The position numbers and the translations under genes are program-made. DNA of 64,000 nt from the human T2T-CHM13v2.0 reference genome, Homo sapiens. The notes beneath the pieces were generated by a model. It saw only the letters and a program-made list of their open reading frames with translations. It had not been told where the DNA came from and ran no database searches. The DNA lies in assembly GCF_009914755.1 (NCBI RefSeq), contig NC_060931.1; one strand, 5' to 3'. How positions within the stretch are numbered: position 1 is the stretch's first letter; the number at the start of each line of letters is the position of its first letter. Below are positions 1 to 15,254 of this stretch, piece by piece.

Positions 1-262
1 TGCTTTACTGTGATGTAATATTTTCACCTGATTATTTTAAGATTCACAGAACTTTAAAAGTGTTGTTACTAGTGCACGGATGTAATAACTTCTGCTCTTT
101 GAACTTAGTATTTGAAAAACCCTGTAAAAGAATTTATGGAAGCCACATTTTAGGCTTGTAACTAGATTAAAATACTCAACCTCTTGGCAAAAATGGTAGT
201 GAAGGTTTTTTCAGTATTCAGGTTTTATGACTAAACTAAAAAGCTTAAGAAAGGAACAAAGG

Positions 263-661
<399 letters not shown>

Positions 662-769
662 TTATGGTCCCATCCCCTGCCCCAAAATATAAACCAGTAC
701 TGAACTATAGATGTAAGAAAGGAAAATTCAAAGGAAAAAGCCTATGAATTAAAATACACTTTAGAATCA

Positions 770-1155
770 TACCACCCAATTACAGTTATGGCCCCTATTT
801 GGATCCCATTTCAAACAACCAAACTGTAAACCAAAACAAACAAACACAAATATGTTAGACAACTGGGAAACTATATCGCTGATTAAATAGTTGATGATAT
901 TAAGGGACTGTTGGTAATTTTTAAAGCGTAACAATGGTATTACGAATAATTTTTTGAGTTAAAAATATTTATAAGTATTTTCTGAAATATTTATGGGTGA
1001 AATTATATAATGTCTGGTACTGACTTTAACGTAATGGAAGATAGAGATAAACATTAGTCATTAATGTTAACTGTTGAAGCTGACAGATCAGCGACTAGGG
1101 GCTTCACTACACCATTCTCTATAATTTTGTATATGTTTGAAATTTGCTATAAGTT
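770..1155 (+). mobile_element. Old L1M (L1ME-like) 3' UTR remnant
   Basis: Degenerate match to the L1ME 3' end (tttggatccc..., gatgatattaagg, aatggtatt, tttgtatatgtttgaaattt). Confidence 0.6.
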
Positions 1156-1453
1156 TGGAATTTAATTAGGGCCTGTATGTTGAGGTGGTGGTGGGAATAG
1201 AAAGAAGTGAAAACCATTGAGTGGGATCTGAAAGTTTTAATGGACAAGTCTCAGTAATCATTTGTGGTTAGATGTGTCAGGAGTGAGGGGAGACAACTTC
1301 TGCATGATCTAAATGTATCACTCAGCTTGGAACTCAGCACTAGATCCAAGAAAAATGTCATGAATGTATTCAGGGTATTGAATTTGCTTGGAAGTTGGAA
1401 TAGGAAAATAATGATAAGTGAGTTAAGGGAACTGTAAAGAAAATGGATGAAAT

Positions 1454-1740
1454 GGTCAGGCACTGTGGCTTATGCCAGTAATGCCAGAACTTCGGGAGGT
1501 CCAGGCAGGTGGATCAATTGAGCTCAGGAGTTCAAGACCAGCCTGGGCAACATGGCGAAACCCTGTCTCTACAAAAAATACAAAAAAATTAACCAAGTGT
1601 GGTGGTGCATGCCTGTAGTACTAGCTACTCCAAAGGCTGAGGTAGGTGGATTACTTGAGCCTCGGAGGTCGAGGCTGCAATGAGCAGTGATTGCACCCTG
1701 CACCCCAGATGCTATTAAAAAAAAAGAAAGAAAAGAAAAA
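1454..1740 (+). mobile_element. AluJ with shortened 3' end
   Basis: J diagnostics (ttgagctcaggagttc, gcctgggcaacatgg, ctacaaaaaatac); last ~25 nt before the tail missing; degenerate TSD aaaatNNatgaaatg. Confidence 0.9.
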
Positions 1741-2165
1741 GGAAAGAAAATCAATGAAATGATGGATCATGACTGAAACAGAAGGAAAGAAGGAAGGAAG
1801 GAAGAGCCATGAGTGGGCTGAGACATAAGGCAGAAAAAACGAGTGCTCTAGGCTATTGTTTTGACACTAACAGGCTGTCTAAGATTGAGCAAATTACTTT
1901 GTGTATGCTTTATTTACTTTCCATAACCAAAAATTAAGAGTGGACTTAATATATGGTCATTTGTAGGTCACAATGATGTTTTCCTTCACCTGCATGTCTT
2001 CTTTTTTGCCAGTTAATATTCCCTACTTAAAGAAGAGAGTTGTTTGAAATTATATACAGATTTAAGTTACACCAACACACTACATTCTCTTAACTATCCA
2101 TTTCGCAATGTAGCCTCGATTGTGAAAAAAAGCATGAGAAAAATCATGTTTGTTTTGTACTGTTT

Positions 2166-2166
<1 letters not shown>

Positions 2167-2200
<34 letters not shown>
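2167..2200. repeat. (GTT)n microsatellite, ~11 units
   Basis: Pure tandem gtt read directly from sequence. Confidence 0.95.
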
Positions 2201-2879
2201 AAGGGGTTTTTGCCAAAGTTAAAATTTCCAGCTAATAACCTTTGAAGCTCTAGCATTAACCATAGTAAAATATACCATCGTAACCCTAATCTGGGGCTTT
2301 CTGCAAAGCTGTTTATAACCTGTCTTAAGTGATCCTTTATAAAAATAGAAAATAGTGCTCTAATGCTGTTATCAAAAATTCTGTTTAATCAAATTTGTAT
2401 TACTTTTGTTCGGCTGAAATGCAGAGGTCAAATATCACAGTATTCATTATTTTATTGCCTTAATTCTCAATGATGCTTCAAACCCCAAACAACTGCATGT
2501 GATAGGCCTTTGTGAAAATTTAATTATGGTCCTGATTGCAGGGGACATATTTATTCTTTGATTCTTTATCTTCCATAGAGGTCTGAGGACATATATTCCA
2601 TTACCTATAAAGGAACAGAATTATCCCCTACTTGTGTACTTTACCCCAGTCACTAAGTTTTCTTATGAGAAAAGAAACTAACCTGTTTAGTGAGATGATG
2701 ATAGGCTGAGAGTCATCAGGTTATTGTTAAAGGTCATTCTTCATATACAGCCCAGGCATAATCAAGCTAAATTCAATCACAATACAAAGGTATTTTTATT
2801 CACTGAAAATTAACAATTTATTAGGGGACACGTTGATTTTCATTTCAGAGAGACAATGAATGACCATTGACTTCCCAAT

Positions 2880-2975
2880 TTAGTTATTCATTGAACATCT
2901 AATATATGCCAGTCACTGTTCCAGGTGCTTGAGAAATGGCAGTGACAAAAATCCCTTACATTCTTGTGGTTTAGG
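2880..2975 (-). mobile_element. L2 3' end fragment
   Basis: tattcattgaacatct...tgccagtcactgttccaggtgct matches the reverse complement of the L2 terminus. Confidence 0.6.
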
Positions 2976-5750
2976 AAACCTTGAATGTGAACCCAAGAAT
3001 TAGGGATCAAAACCACATCTGGGGACACCAAGCCTTCTGTGCAGCCACGTCAGATGGTTTCACCAGAAGTGAATGTCAAAAGAATAGCAGCCTCAAAGAC
3101 AAATCTTAGCAGGCAGAGTCTGCCACGTTTCAAGAATTAAGCAAGGCTTTGGTGGCATCCTCAGGTAAGGTACTGAAACCGCGTTTGAAGTTCAAACAAA
3201 CAAAGATTGATTTTAGCAATCAAAGCCGACTTACACTTTCTGAGACTTCCAGTCTTTCATAGATCCTAAGGTACGGAGGTACTCTCTAAGGTACTTTAGA
3301 AGAAATAATTTCATTTCTCAAGGTATTATAGATCCCCACAGTAAAAAGTTAAGACTCATGGCAAAGCCAGAAATAAGTCAACCAAATAGATAGCATTTCA
3401 TTACAAGGTTCCTTCATTTGGTGAGTCAAAGGAACATTGCTCTCATCACTATATTTCCTGGCCAGGACACAGGCTGGGGAATTAACGGAGTAATGGAATT
3501 TCTACACTGTCTTTCATTTTTAAGAGCTCCATACGAGCATGTGACACCAAACTTATTTCTCTTTATCTTGATTTAAACTGTATCCAAGGCCAAGGGGTGA
3601 ATGTGACTTGCTTTACTTCTTAAATTATGAAGTTTGCCCTACAATTCCTATAGTTATTCCCCCACATTCCTCATTATCTCAAACTGACTTCACATAGATT
3701 TTGATCATTGTGAATTTCATAGAGACTATAGGTTCAACCACAAGACAGATAAAATTTTAATCAGTGAACAGCTAAAGAGGCCTTTTGGTCCTCATTATAT
3801 ATTGGATAAGTAATCTTCTTGAGTTGAGGTACAGGAAAAAAACTATGGAATTATTATAATGCTAAGAAGAAAATTTTAAAAGCTTATACCTATATTTTTT
3901 CTAAGACTTATAATTTCTTAAGGAGGAACAAGGTCAGCATCTTAAAAGCAGATTATTTTTGTTATAATTAATACCGAAGTAGTAAAAGAAATAAAGAAGA
4001 TTATAATGAAAGACATGCCTAAGGATGAGGATTTACTTAGGATAAATACTGCTATCTGGTGGGACAGCCTAGATGTATATAAAAGAGAAATGGAGATATG
4101 CACAGCCCTATGTATTATTAAGGTTGGAGTCAGGGAAAAGATATGCTATTATGATGGGTTAACAGACCACCATTTCAAGAAGATAAAAATAGGAAGACCT
4201 TAGCGTCCACACTTGGATGACTTAAGAGGCAGTTTGAAAACAGGAAGCCAGTGAACCAGAGAGAAGCCACTGGGATAGCTCCCTTGGAAAATTAGGATTA
4301 ATAACTAGATAGTTTCATAAAATCTGGACATATTTTAGAAATAAAGTCTTCATCAATAGACATGGAATATTTTCACTGAGTTTTAAATTGACAGAGCTGC
4401 TGCATGAAGATAGATAAATATGGCAAGTATTCTAAGGGGAGAGGTCTGGAGAATTCACCATGTTAAGTTCCCAGAAGAAGGATATGAGTAGTCATTACAG
4501 AAGTCATAGAGGTCACTACTGCACTGAGAACAGGTTTGGATTAGATGTTGATCTGATGGGAGGTAACATCTGCATGGAATACCACTTAGGAAGGTGAGAG
4601 TGTCATCATTTGTTTAATTAATGGATACTTTTGGTTGGAACAGAATTTATTGAATTCTTATGTCATTCCAGGGAAAAACCCAATGTACAATCTAGAAGAA
4701 CATTTTAGGAAAATTAATTTCAGATACTTAAAGTACCTGAAAAAAAAAAGAATGAGAACCAAATGATGCAGCTGAGCATTGGCACCACTTGAACAGTGAT
4801 CAAAAGGAAACGATTGGGGAAGCAGTTTACATTTTGAATTTTTCTGAACCAGCTTGAAAAGACCTGAGGAAAGCAGAAGAAAAAAAACAATATATAACAC
4901 TCCTAAAAGGAAAAATAAAGCAGAAAAGAATATTTCTCTTGCCATTGAAGTCAAATTAGCCCTGATAGTTGAAGGCCAAGGTTGGTAGTTCCAAGTTACC
5001 TTAGGATAATGAAGTTTCTATGGATCACAATCTTTCCACACCTTGTCCAAAATACCATAAAGATTTAAAGAACAGTTAACTTAAAACATCAATAACTTAC
5101 ATTTGCCACATAGAGAACAGAAGATATACATTCCAGTTTATGGGTAAAAGAAGGAATAAGCAACTAAGACTACAAGAGCCCACACTTGCATGTGAGTCTG
5201 GAGGGAGCTGTACGATGTGTGAGTAGTGGGCAACAGTGGTGAAACCCAGGAAACATTATCAAGAGTTCACCTCCAGAAATAGAGAACCACACCCTGAGTA
5301 GAAACTAGCGACAGTATTGTTGGGCTTAGAAGACTACATAGCACAGTCAACAGGAAGATAAAGAAGGGACTTGAAAAGGCAGTCTTGGTAAAGTATCTTT
5401 GAAGAGAGTTACGAATTGGGATGACTTGCTGCTGGTTTGGGTAGTTTTAAGCTTGTCTCTGAGGAAGCCTGGAAGTCAAATACTGATCTTTGAACAAGAA
5501 GGAAATGAAATAAACTAGCTGTCTATGTATAATGTGCAGCATGAAGTCTGAAATTCCCCTGGAGACATGCTGTACTAGCTTGTTATCTGTACTGCTTAGT
5601 GAAAATGTATAGATTGACAGTTATACATGATTTAATAAGTCATAAAGCCTAGGTTTTATCTAAGTGATAGGTGTGGTGTAAAAGACTACTTAGCAAATTT
5701 GTACCTTGGCATTAGTGAAGCTAATTAACTCACAGATTAAATCAGGTATC

Positions 5751-5817
5751 TTTTTTGAAAAAAATGATGCCTAATAGTTGCACATATTTTGGGGGTACTG
5801 TGATATTTTGAAACCTG
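5751..5817 (-). mobile_element. ~65-nt L1 extreme 3' end (L1MA4/L1PB4-like) fused to U6
   Basis: Reverse complement reads tcaaaatatcacagtacccccaaaatatgtgcaactat followed by a degraded A-tail. Confidence 0.8.
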
Positions 5818-5922
5818 AAAAATTTGGAATGCTTCATAAATTTTCATGTCATTCTTGTGTAGAAGCCATGCTAATCTTCTCTGTATCATTCCAGTTCTAG
5901 TATGTGCTGTCGAAGCAAGTAC
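5818..5922 (-). pseudogene. U6 snRNA processed pseudogene, full length
   Basis: Hand alignment to U6 over its whole length: ~17 substitutions plus a 2-nt deletion; ACAGAGA box (5878-5884) and AGC triad retained; ends in 5 T. Confidence 0.95.
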
Positions 5923-8794
5923 AAAACCAAAATATCTTGTATTTACCTTGGTGGCTCATAAACCGAAGATGAACCACATCCTATGTGAGTGAGATAGGAC
6001 CCTACAGGGCTGCACTGATAAGTTATGTGCCTCTACGAATGTCTGCACTTTCTCTCTGTGGCTGTAACATATCTTTTACCTTTATAAAGCTTTACAAAAC
6101 TATGTCCTGTGGGGTCCCGTGAGGACTTTCAATTATCTGGTAGTGTGTGACTTCTGTAGCAGCAGTTGCATTTGGAGTCAGCAGCTGGTTTTAAATAGAG
6201 GAAAAGAAGCAGCTGATGACAAACAGCCTACTGGAACAGAATATAATATGAAAATAAAATCAAACTGCACCTCCACTAAATAATGATTTCATACGTTTAA
6301 AAACCACCATTTCCTGTTGCTACAGAAGCAGAATCCTTGATATGAGAACTCAGAAAAGCCACCTGCTACCCACCAGCCACATAAAAGAAATATTTTCCTA
6401 GTCATTATTCTAGGAGAATGAAATATGGATAAGAAAAATAAAATCATGGCATTCATGAAAAACTGAAGATGAGGATCAAAACAGGTTCACAAATGAAAGC
6501 ACATTAAGTGACACAGACAAAACCTGCTGAGAAGTAAGATTCTTGCCAGAATTTAAAATATAACAAAATAAGACATTGAAGATGTGAAAGAACATTTAAA
6601 AACGGAAATTACAAACTTTAAGAAGAGACAGGTAATCGATGTTAAATGGGAAAGAACAAAGCTTGGGAAAGAAAAAAAATCAAAATTAACTTGTAAATTA
6701 AGATTAAACATAAGATACCCAAAAGATAATAGAAACTACTTAAAGTGTAGTAAATGACATCAAGAGGATAGAAATGAGACCAAATGGACAAATGATACAC
6801 TTAGAGAGGAATAAATAGAAGGTAGAAAGACAAAGAAGATGGAATGTACATAACCAGCAAAGAAAATACAATTTCCATGGGAAAAGAGTACCAAAAGAAG
6901 CAATAAAGAACAAAGCATAATCAAGCAAAGAAACAGATCTAATATTTTTTTAATTAGAATACAAAAAGCTCTCATTTTTAAAAATAACTGAATCTGCATG
7001 TAAAAAAGATGCACAGTGTGCCTGAGAAAATTGGCCTAGGATGTTAAACAGTAACACCATGTTCCTAACATTATAAGATTTTAAAGATAACAGGTAAAAA
7101 CTATAGGCCTCCAATCAAAAACATCAATGCACTGACAAAGTAAAGAAAATTATATTGACATCAGACTTCTTGAGAGGAACGGTAATACAAGAAGATAATG
7201 GCACCGTATTTACCAGACACACATAGGAAGAAAATGTAAGGCAATAATGTTTTATCCAGCCAAGCTTTCTTTCAAGTATGAAGATTTTAAGAAAACAGTT
7301 TTAAACGTGCAAGAATTTAAGTTTATGAATCTTTCCTAAGCAATCTCCTAGAAAATATGATTAGACAACCAGGAGCTGATTGAAGAGATTGTATATAAAA
7401 TTTTGGTATTAAGCATTGAGTAAGTAAAATTCTATATATAAAGAGAGAAGAAGAGATAGAGGAAGAGGGATGGAGAAAGAGAGGGAGAGAGGAAGGGGGT
7501 CACTGAGATTAAATAACAAATATATGCTTTACAAAATAGAGAGAGAAAACTAGGAACAGAAGAGAGAGAGAGAGAAATGGGGAAATAAAATGTTATAGAA
7601 GATTCCCTAATAAGTAGTGATTAGAAATCAAATGATAACATTTGAATGCAAGAAACTTGTGTACATTTAAGAGTAATAATATAGCAGTAAGAAAGATAAT
7701 ATGATTGATTAAAATTAAATGGTGAAGAAGAAGGAAGGAAGAGGAACTAAGTGAATGTTTTATTTGTTTCTTGTAGAAATCCACAGATACTCCTAAGGAA
7801 AATGGGGAATGAGATACTCACACAACAGTAAACATTATAACCAAAATATAAACTTTTCTATTACTTAAAAAGATAAAAACAAAAGAAAACAAAAAAGTAA
7901 TTACTTAGTGAATAATTAATTATTATGTGTTTGTAGGCTTAGCTCATTAAAAGTAAAAAATTTCAGGTAGAATGACAGCAAAATGCAACTTTGTATTGTA
8001 GACAAGAGAATCCCTTAAAAAAGTTTGAGAGGCTACAAATCAAAGAATGGATGAAAAAATAACAAGCAAAACAACAAGAAAAGGAAAGCAAAGATAACAA
8101 CTTCATATCAAACATAATTAAGGCTAAAAAGTATTAAATGAGAATAAGAGTTATTATATTATACCTTCACAGCAAAGATAAAACAGATATGAATCCCTAA
8201 ATGTTATATAATATACAAACCATTTTTATAAAACAGAATCTACAGATGGTTCATTAGAAACACACTGAGGTAAGAGAATTTAATACAATAAAACCGTCTT
8301 AGGTCAAGAGTAAAAGGATTATGTGAGAATCTAGATAGAATCTATTTATATCTACATAATTTATTGAGATATTCACCCCAATATTAAAAATATAGTTTCT
8401 AACCAATTGCACCTGAAAATATTTTGAAAAATAAAAATTATAGACCATAAAGAATATCTCGACAGATTACACAAAATTGAAAAGGAAACAATGTTCACTG
8501 ACCAAAATACAACCTTTTACATAGAGATTCAATGACCCTCTATAAAACAAGACCTTATGGGATATAGTTAAGACAGTACTTGAAAGAAAATTCATAGCTA
8601 AAAATATTCATTTTATTTAAAAATGAAAGAGTGAAAACAGTAAATTAAACATCCCACTCAAAATGTCAGGGGCCAGAAAAGGCAAACCAAAAGAAAGAGA
8701 AGAAAGGAATTCATAAAGATAAAAGAAGGGAAAAATTAACTAGAAAAAAAGTGACAAATAATTCTTTTTTAACAAAACAGGCTCAATTCCCTTC

Positions 8795-8805
8795 CAAGAT
8801 GGCCG
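8795..8805 (+). promoter_or_regulatory. YY1 site of the L1 internal promoter
   Basis: caagatggccg at the canonical L1 5' position. Confidence 0.8.
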
Positions 8806-8890
8806 AATAGGAAGAGCTCCGGTCTGAAACTCCCAGCGTGATCGACACAGAAGATGGAGGATTTCTGCATTTCCAACTGAGGTACCTTGT

Positions 8891-9223
8891 TCATCTCACT
8901 GGGACTGGTTGGACACTGGGTGCATCCCACGGAGGTTGAGCCAAAGCAGGCCAGGGCATTACCTCAGCCAGGAAGCACAAGGGGTCAGGGAATTTCCCTT
9001 TCCTAGCCAAGGGAAGCCATGACAGATGGTACCTGGAAAAATGGGACACTCCCTCCCAAATACTGCACTTTTCCAGTGGTCTTAGTAAAAGGCACACCAG
9101 GAGATTATATCCCATGCCTGGCTGGGTGGATCCCACCCTCAGGGAGCCTTGCTTACTGCTAGCACAGCAGTCTGAGATCGACCTGTGAGGCAGCAGCCTG
9201 GCAGGGGGAGAGGCGTCTGCCAT
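8891..9223 (-). CDS. L1 antisense ORF0 homologue (110 aa, extended by a frameshift); translation unproven
   Basis: MADASPPARLLPHRSISDCCASS...FSR aligns to ORF0 MAGAPPPASLPPCSLISDCCASN...FSR. Confidence 0.55.
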   Translation of the reverse strand: MADASPPARLLPHRSISDCCASSKQGSLRVGSTQPGMGYNLLVCLLLRPLEKCSIWEGVSHFSRYHLSWLPLARKGKFPDPLCFLAEVMPWPALAQPPWDAPSVQPVPVR

Positions 9224-9822
9224 TGCTGAGACTTGAGAAGGTAAACAAAGCAGCCAGGGAAGTTTGAACTGGGTGGAGCCCACCACAGCTCAGCAAGGCT
9301 AGCTGCCTTTGTAGTCTCTACCTGTGGGGGTAGGAGAAGCTGAACAAAAGGCAGCAGAAACTTCTGCAGACTTAAATGTCCCTGTCTGACAGCCCTGAAG
9401 AGAGCAGTGGTTCTCCCAGTACGGTGTTTGAGCTCAGAGAACGGACAGACTGCCTCCTCAAGTGGGTCCCTGACCCCCATGTAGCCTAACTGGGAGATAC
9501 CTTTCAGTAGGGGCCAACTGACACCTCATACAGGCGGGTGCTCCTCTGGGACGAAGCTTCCAGAGGAGGGATCAGGCAGCAATATTTGCTGTTCTTCAAT
9601 ATTTGCTGTTCTGCAGCCTCCAATGATGATACCCAGGCAAACAGGGTCTGGAGTGGACCTCCAGCAAACTCCAACAGACGTGCAGCTGAAGGACCTGATT
9701 GTTAGAAGGAAAACTAACAAACAGAAAGGAACAGCATCAACATCAACAAAAAGGACACCCACACCAAAATGTTATCTGTAGGTCACCATCATCAAAGACC
9801 AAAGGTAGACAAAACCACAAAG

Positions 9823-10848
9823 ATGGGGAGAAACCAGAGCAGAAAAGCTGAAAATTCTAAGAACTAGAGCACCTCTTCTCCTCCAAAGGATTGCAGCTCC
9901 TTGACAGCAACGGAACAAAGCCGGATAGAGAATGAGTTTGACAAGTTGACAGAAGTAGGCTTCAGAATGTCGGTAATAAAAAACTTCTCTGAGCTAAAGG
10001 AAGATGTTAGAACCCATTGCAAGGAAGTGAAAAACCTCGAAAAAAGATTAAATGAATGGCTAACTAGAATAAACACTGTAGAGAAGACCTTAAATGACCT
10101 GATGGAGCTGAAAACCATGGCACAAGAACTACATGACAGATGCACAAGCTTCAATAGCTGATTTGATCAAGTGGAAGAAAGAGTATCAGTGATTGAAGAT
10201 CAAATTAATGAAATAAAGTGAGAAGAGAAGTTCAGAGAAAAAAGAGTAAAAAGAAATGAACAAAGCTTCCAAGAAATATGGGACTATGTGAAAAGACCAC
10301 ATCTACCTTTGATTGGTGTACCTGAAAGTAACGGGGAGAATAGAACCAAGTTGGAAAACACTCTGCAGGATATTATCCAGGAGAACTTCCCCAACCTAGC
10401 AAGACAGGCCAACATTCAAATTTAAGAAATACAGAGAACACCACAGAGATACTCCTCGAGAAGAGCAACCCCAAGACACATAATTGTCAGATTCACAAAA
10501 GTTGAAATGAAGGAAAAAATGTTAAGGACAACCAGAGAGAAAGGCCGGGTTACTCACAAAGGGAAGCCCATCAGAATAACAGCGGATCTCTCGGCAGAAA
10601 CTCTACAAGCCAGAAGAGAGTAGGGGCCAATATTCAACATTCTTAAATAAAAGAATTTTCAAGCCAGAATCTCATATCCAACAAAACTAAGCTTCAGAAA
10701 TAAAGGAGAAATAAAATCCTTTACAGACAAGCAAATGCTGAGAGATTTTGTCACCACCAGGTCTGCCATACAAAAGCTCCTGAAGGAAGCACTAAACATG
10801 GAAAGGAACAACCGGTACCAGCCACTGCGAAAACATGCCAAATTGTAA
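9823..10848 (+). pseudogene. L1 ORF1p, disrupted
   Basis: ATGGGGAGAAACCAG start; coiled-coil fragment in the ORF track; in-frame stops. Confidence 0.9.
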
Positions 10849-10911
10849 AGACCATCGAAGCTAGGAAGAAACTGCATCAACTAACGGGCAAAATAACCAG
10901 GTGACATAAAA

Positions 10912-13426
<2,515 letters not shown>

Positions 13427-13430
<4 letters not shown>

Positions 13431-13733
13431 AGGTGTGGTGGCTCATGCCTGAAATCCCAGAACTTTGGGAGGCTTAGGTGGGTGGATCACCTGAGATCGG
13501 GGGTTCAAGACCAGCCTGGCCAACATGGCAAAATGCCCTCTACTAAAAAAACAAAAATTTGCCGGGTGTGGTGGTGCATACATTTAATTCTAGCTACTCA
13601 GGAGGCTGAGGCAGGAGAATCACTTCAACCCGGGAGGCGAAGATTGTGGTGAGCTGAGATTGCACTTCTGTACTCAAGCCTGGGCAACAGAGTTAAATTC
13701 CATCTCATAAATAAATAAATAAATAAATAAATA
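13427..13733 (+). mobile_element. AluS (Sx/Sq-like) with (TAAA)n tail
   Basis: Dimeric Alu with ggatcacctgag and cctggccaacatgg; no clear TSD. Confidence 0.92.
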
Positions 13734-13738
13734 CCAAA

Positions 13739-13882
13739 GCAGATGCGGTGGTGCATTCTGTGCCTATATTCCCAGCTGCTACTAAAGAGCCTAAGGCAGG
13801 AGAATCACTGGAGCCCAGAAGCTTAAGGCCAGCCAGGACAACATAGTAAAACCCTGTCCCTAAAACAAACAAATAAACAAAA
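13739..13882 (+). mobile_element. Free Alu monomer (FLAM_A-like)
   Basis: Single arm ending ggacaacatagtaaaaccctgtc followed by an A-rich tail. Confidence 0.75.
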
Positions 13883-13899
13883 AGCCCAATAGACATTTC

Positions 13900-15240
13900 A
13901 CCACACATCTTACAACCATGTTAGAAAAATAAGAAATTAATGACATGGATACAAAAACCACCAAATCAATGTTTTATCTTGAGACAATAAATAAAGTTTT
14001 AAAATCTACTACATGAAATAAATTATTTTTTACAAAAAAAATAGTTAACTAATACTGAGCACACACATGTAGAATAAACCAATTTTTATTTTATAAAAAG
14101 AAAAAGTTCTCAAAGAGTTATTTTTATAAGGAACAACATATCATGATGGATTCATAGAGGAATTTCTCAAATCTATAAAGACTAGATAATCCCAATGTTA
14201 TTGTGGACATTTCCAGACCATAATTTAAAAAAAGAAAAGAAAAGTAAATGAGGAGTAACACCTCCAAATTACTTAAAGCAAATAGTTAAACGTGATAAAT
14301 ATTGTACACAAAAGAAAACTGGCAATCAGTTACACCTGCAAGCACTTATGCGTAAAAGTTCTAAATAAATATTCAAAACATAAAAACATTAACATTAAAA
14401 TAAGATACATCATAATCAAGAGAGTTTTGTTCCAGGGGTGTAAGCACCCTTCAATATTGTATTATCCATTAATATAATTACTCATATTCATTTATATAAG
14501 GATAAATAGCTTGATAGTGTCTCAGATATGCTAAAAATGCATTTGGAAAAAAAAACTATTTTTATTACCAATGAAACCAGCAACAAATCGAAATTAATAC
14601 ACGTATCATGAAAATGACAAAAAATGTATATTTCTCAGTTCAAAGGTTAGCATCTGACCTTGCGGTGAAGCACTGGCGATAGTCAAAATCAGAAATGAGA
14701 CAATATCGCCTGCTGGGTGTGGTGGCTCACACCTGTTTGAACACTGTATTAATGGCATTAGCCAATGCAATGATATAAGAGAAAGCAAATAGAGGCTTAA
14801 GAATATAAAAGGAAGAACTAAAACTCTATTTGTATGAGATATATTATGAATCAAGAAAACCAAAACAATAAATTTACCATGCTAACAGGATATAAAATTG
14901 ACATACCAAAATAATTACCTACTTATCTGTGAATGATGACCAGCTAGACAATGTATGGGTAAGAAGAACCTATTTACAACAGATTTTTAAGTACTTATGA
15001 TAAACTATACAAAACATAAAAATACAGATGGGGATAACTTGAACCATTTCTGAAAAACACAAAAGTAAAACTTGAACAAGTTGAAAGACATACCACAATC
15101 TTGGAGAAGGAAATCCGACATCATGAAGATATCAATTTTCTCGTATTCAATATGAACATTTAACACAAACTCAATAAAAATAGCACCAGTGGTTGTTGTT
15201 TCTTTTCTGAAATTAGACATCTTAAGTACAGCAAATGTAA
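13900..15240 (+). mobile_element. Ancient L1M ORF2 remnant
   Basis: Degenerate ORF2 motifs (gatggattcatagaggaattt, aaaatgcatttgga, caggatataaaattgacatac). Confidence 0.7.
14712..14736 (+). mobile_element. 25-nt Alu 5' stub
   Basis: gctgggtgtggtggctcacacctgt embedded in the L1M ORF2 remnant. Confidence 0.7.
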
Positions 15241-15254
15241 TTGTTACCTACCCC

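Larger units (their letters stand above)
5570..6160 (+). mobile_element. Old ERVL-type LTR remnant (LTR82-like), interrupted by the U6/L1 chimera
   Basis: 3' part ataaagcttt...tcctgtggggtcccgtgaggactttcaattatc resembles the remembered LTR82 end. Confidence 0.4.
5000..8780 (+). mobile_element. Ancient L1M (5' region, ORF1 and start of ORF2), heavily degraded; continues at 13900-15240
   Basis: A-rich; ORF1 3' motifs (gacatcagacttct..., tatccagccaagct...ttcaagtatgaag); endonuclease-region remnants at 7900-8760. Confidence 0.6.

Noticed and set aside
3950-5000. Purine-rich stretch with a 65-aa ORF, considered as a processed pseudogene
   Set aside because: No protein family, poly(A) tail or TSD recognised; left unassigned.
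5818-5922. Functional U6 gene
   Set aside because: About 18% diverged, fused to an L1 tail, and no upstream TATA/PSE arrangement evident.
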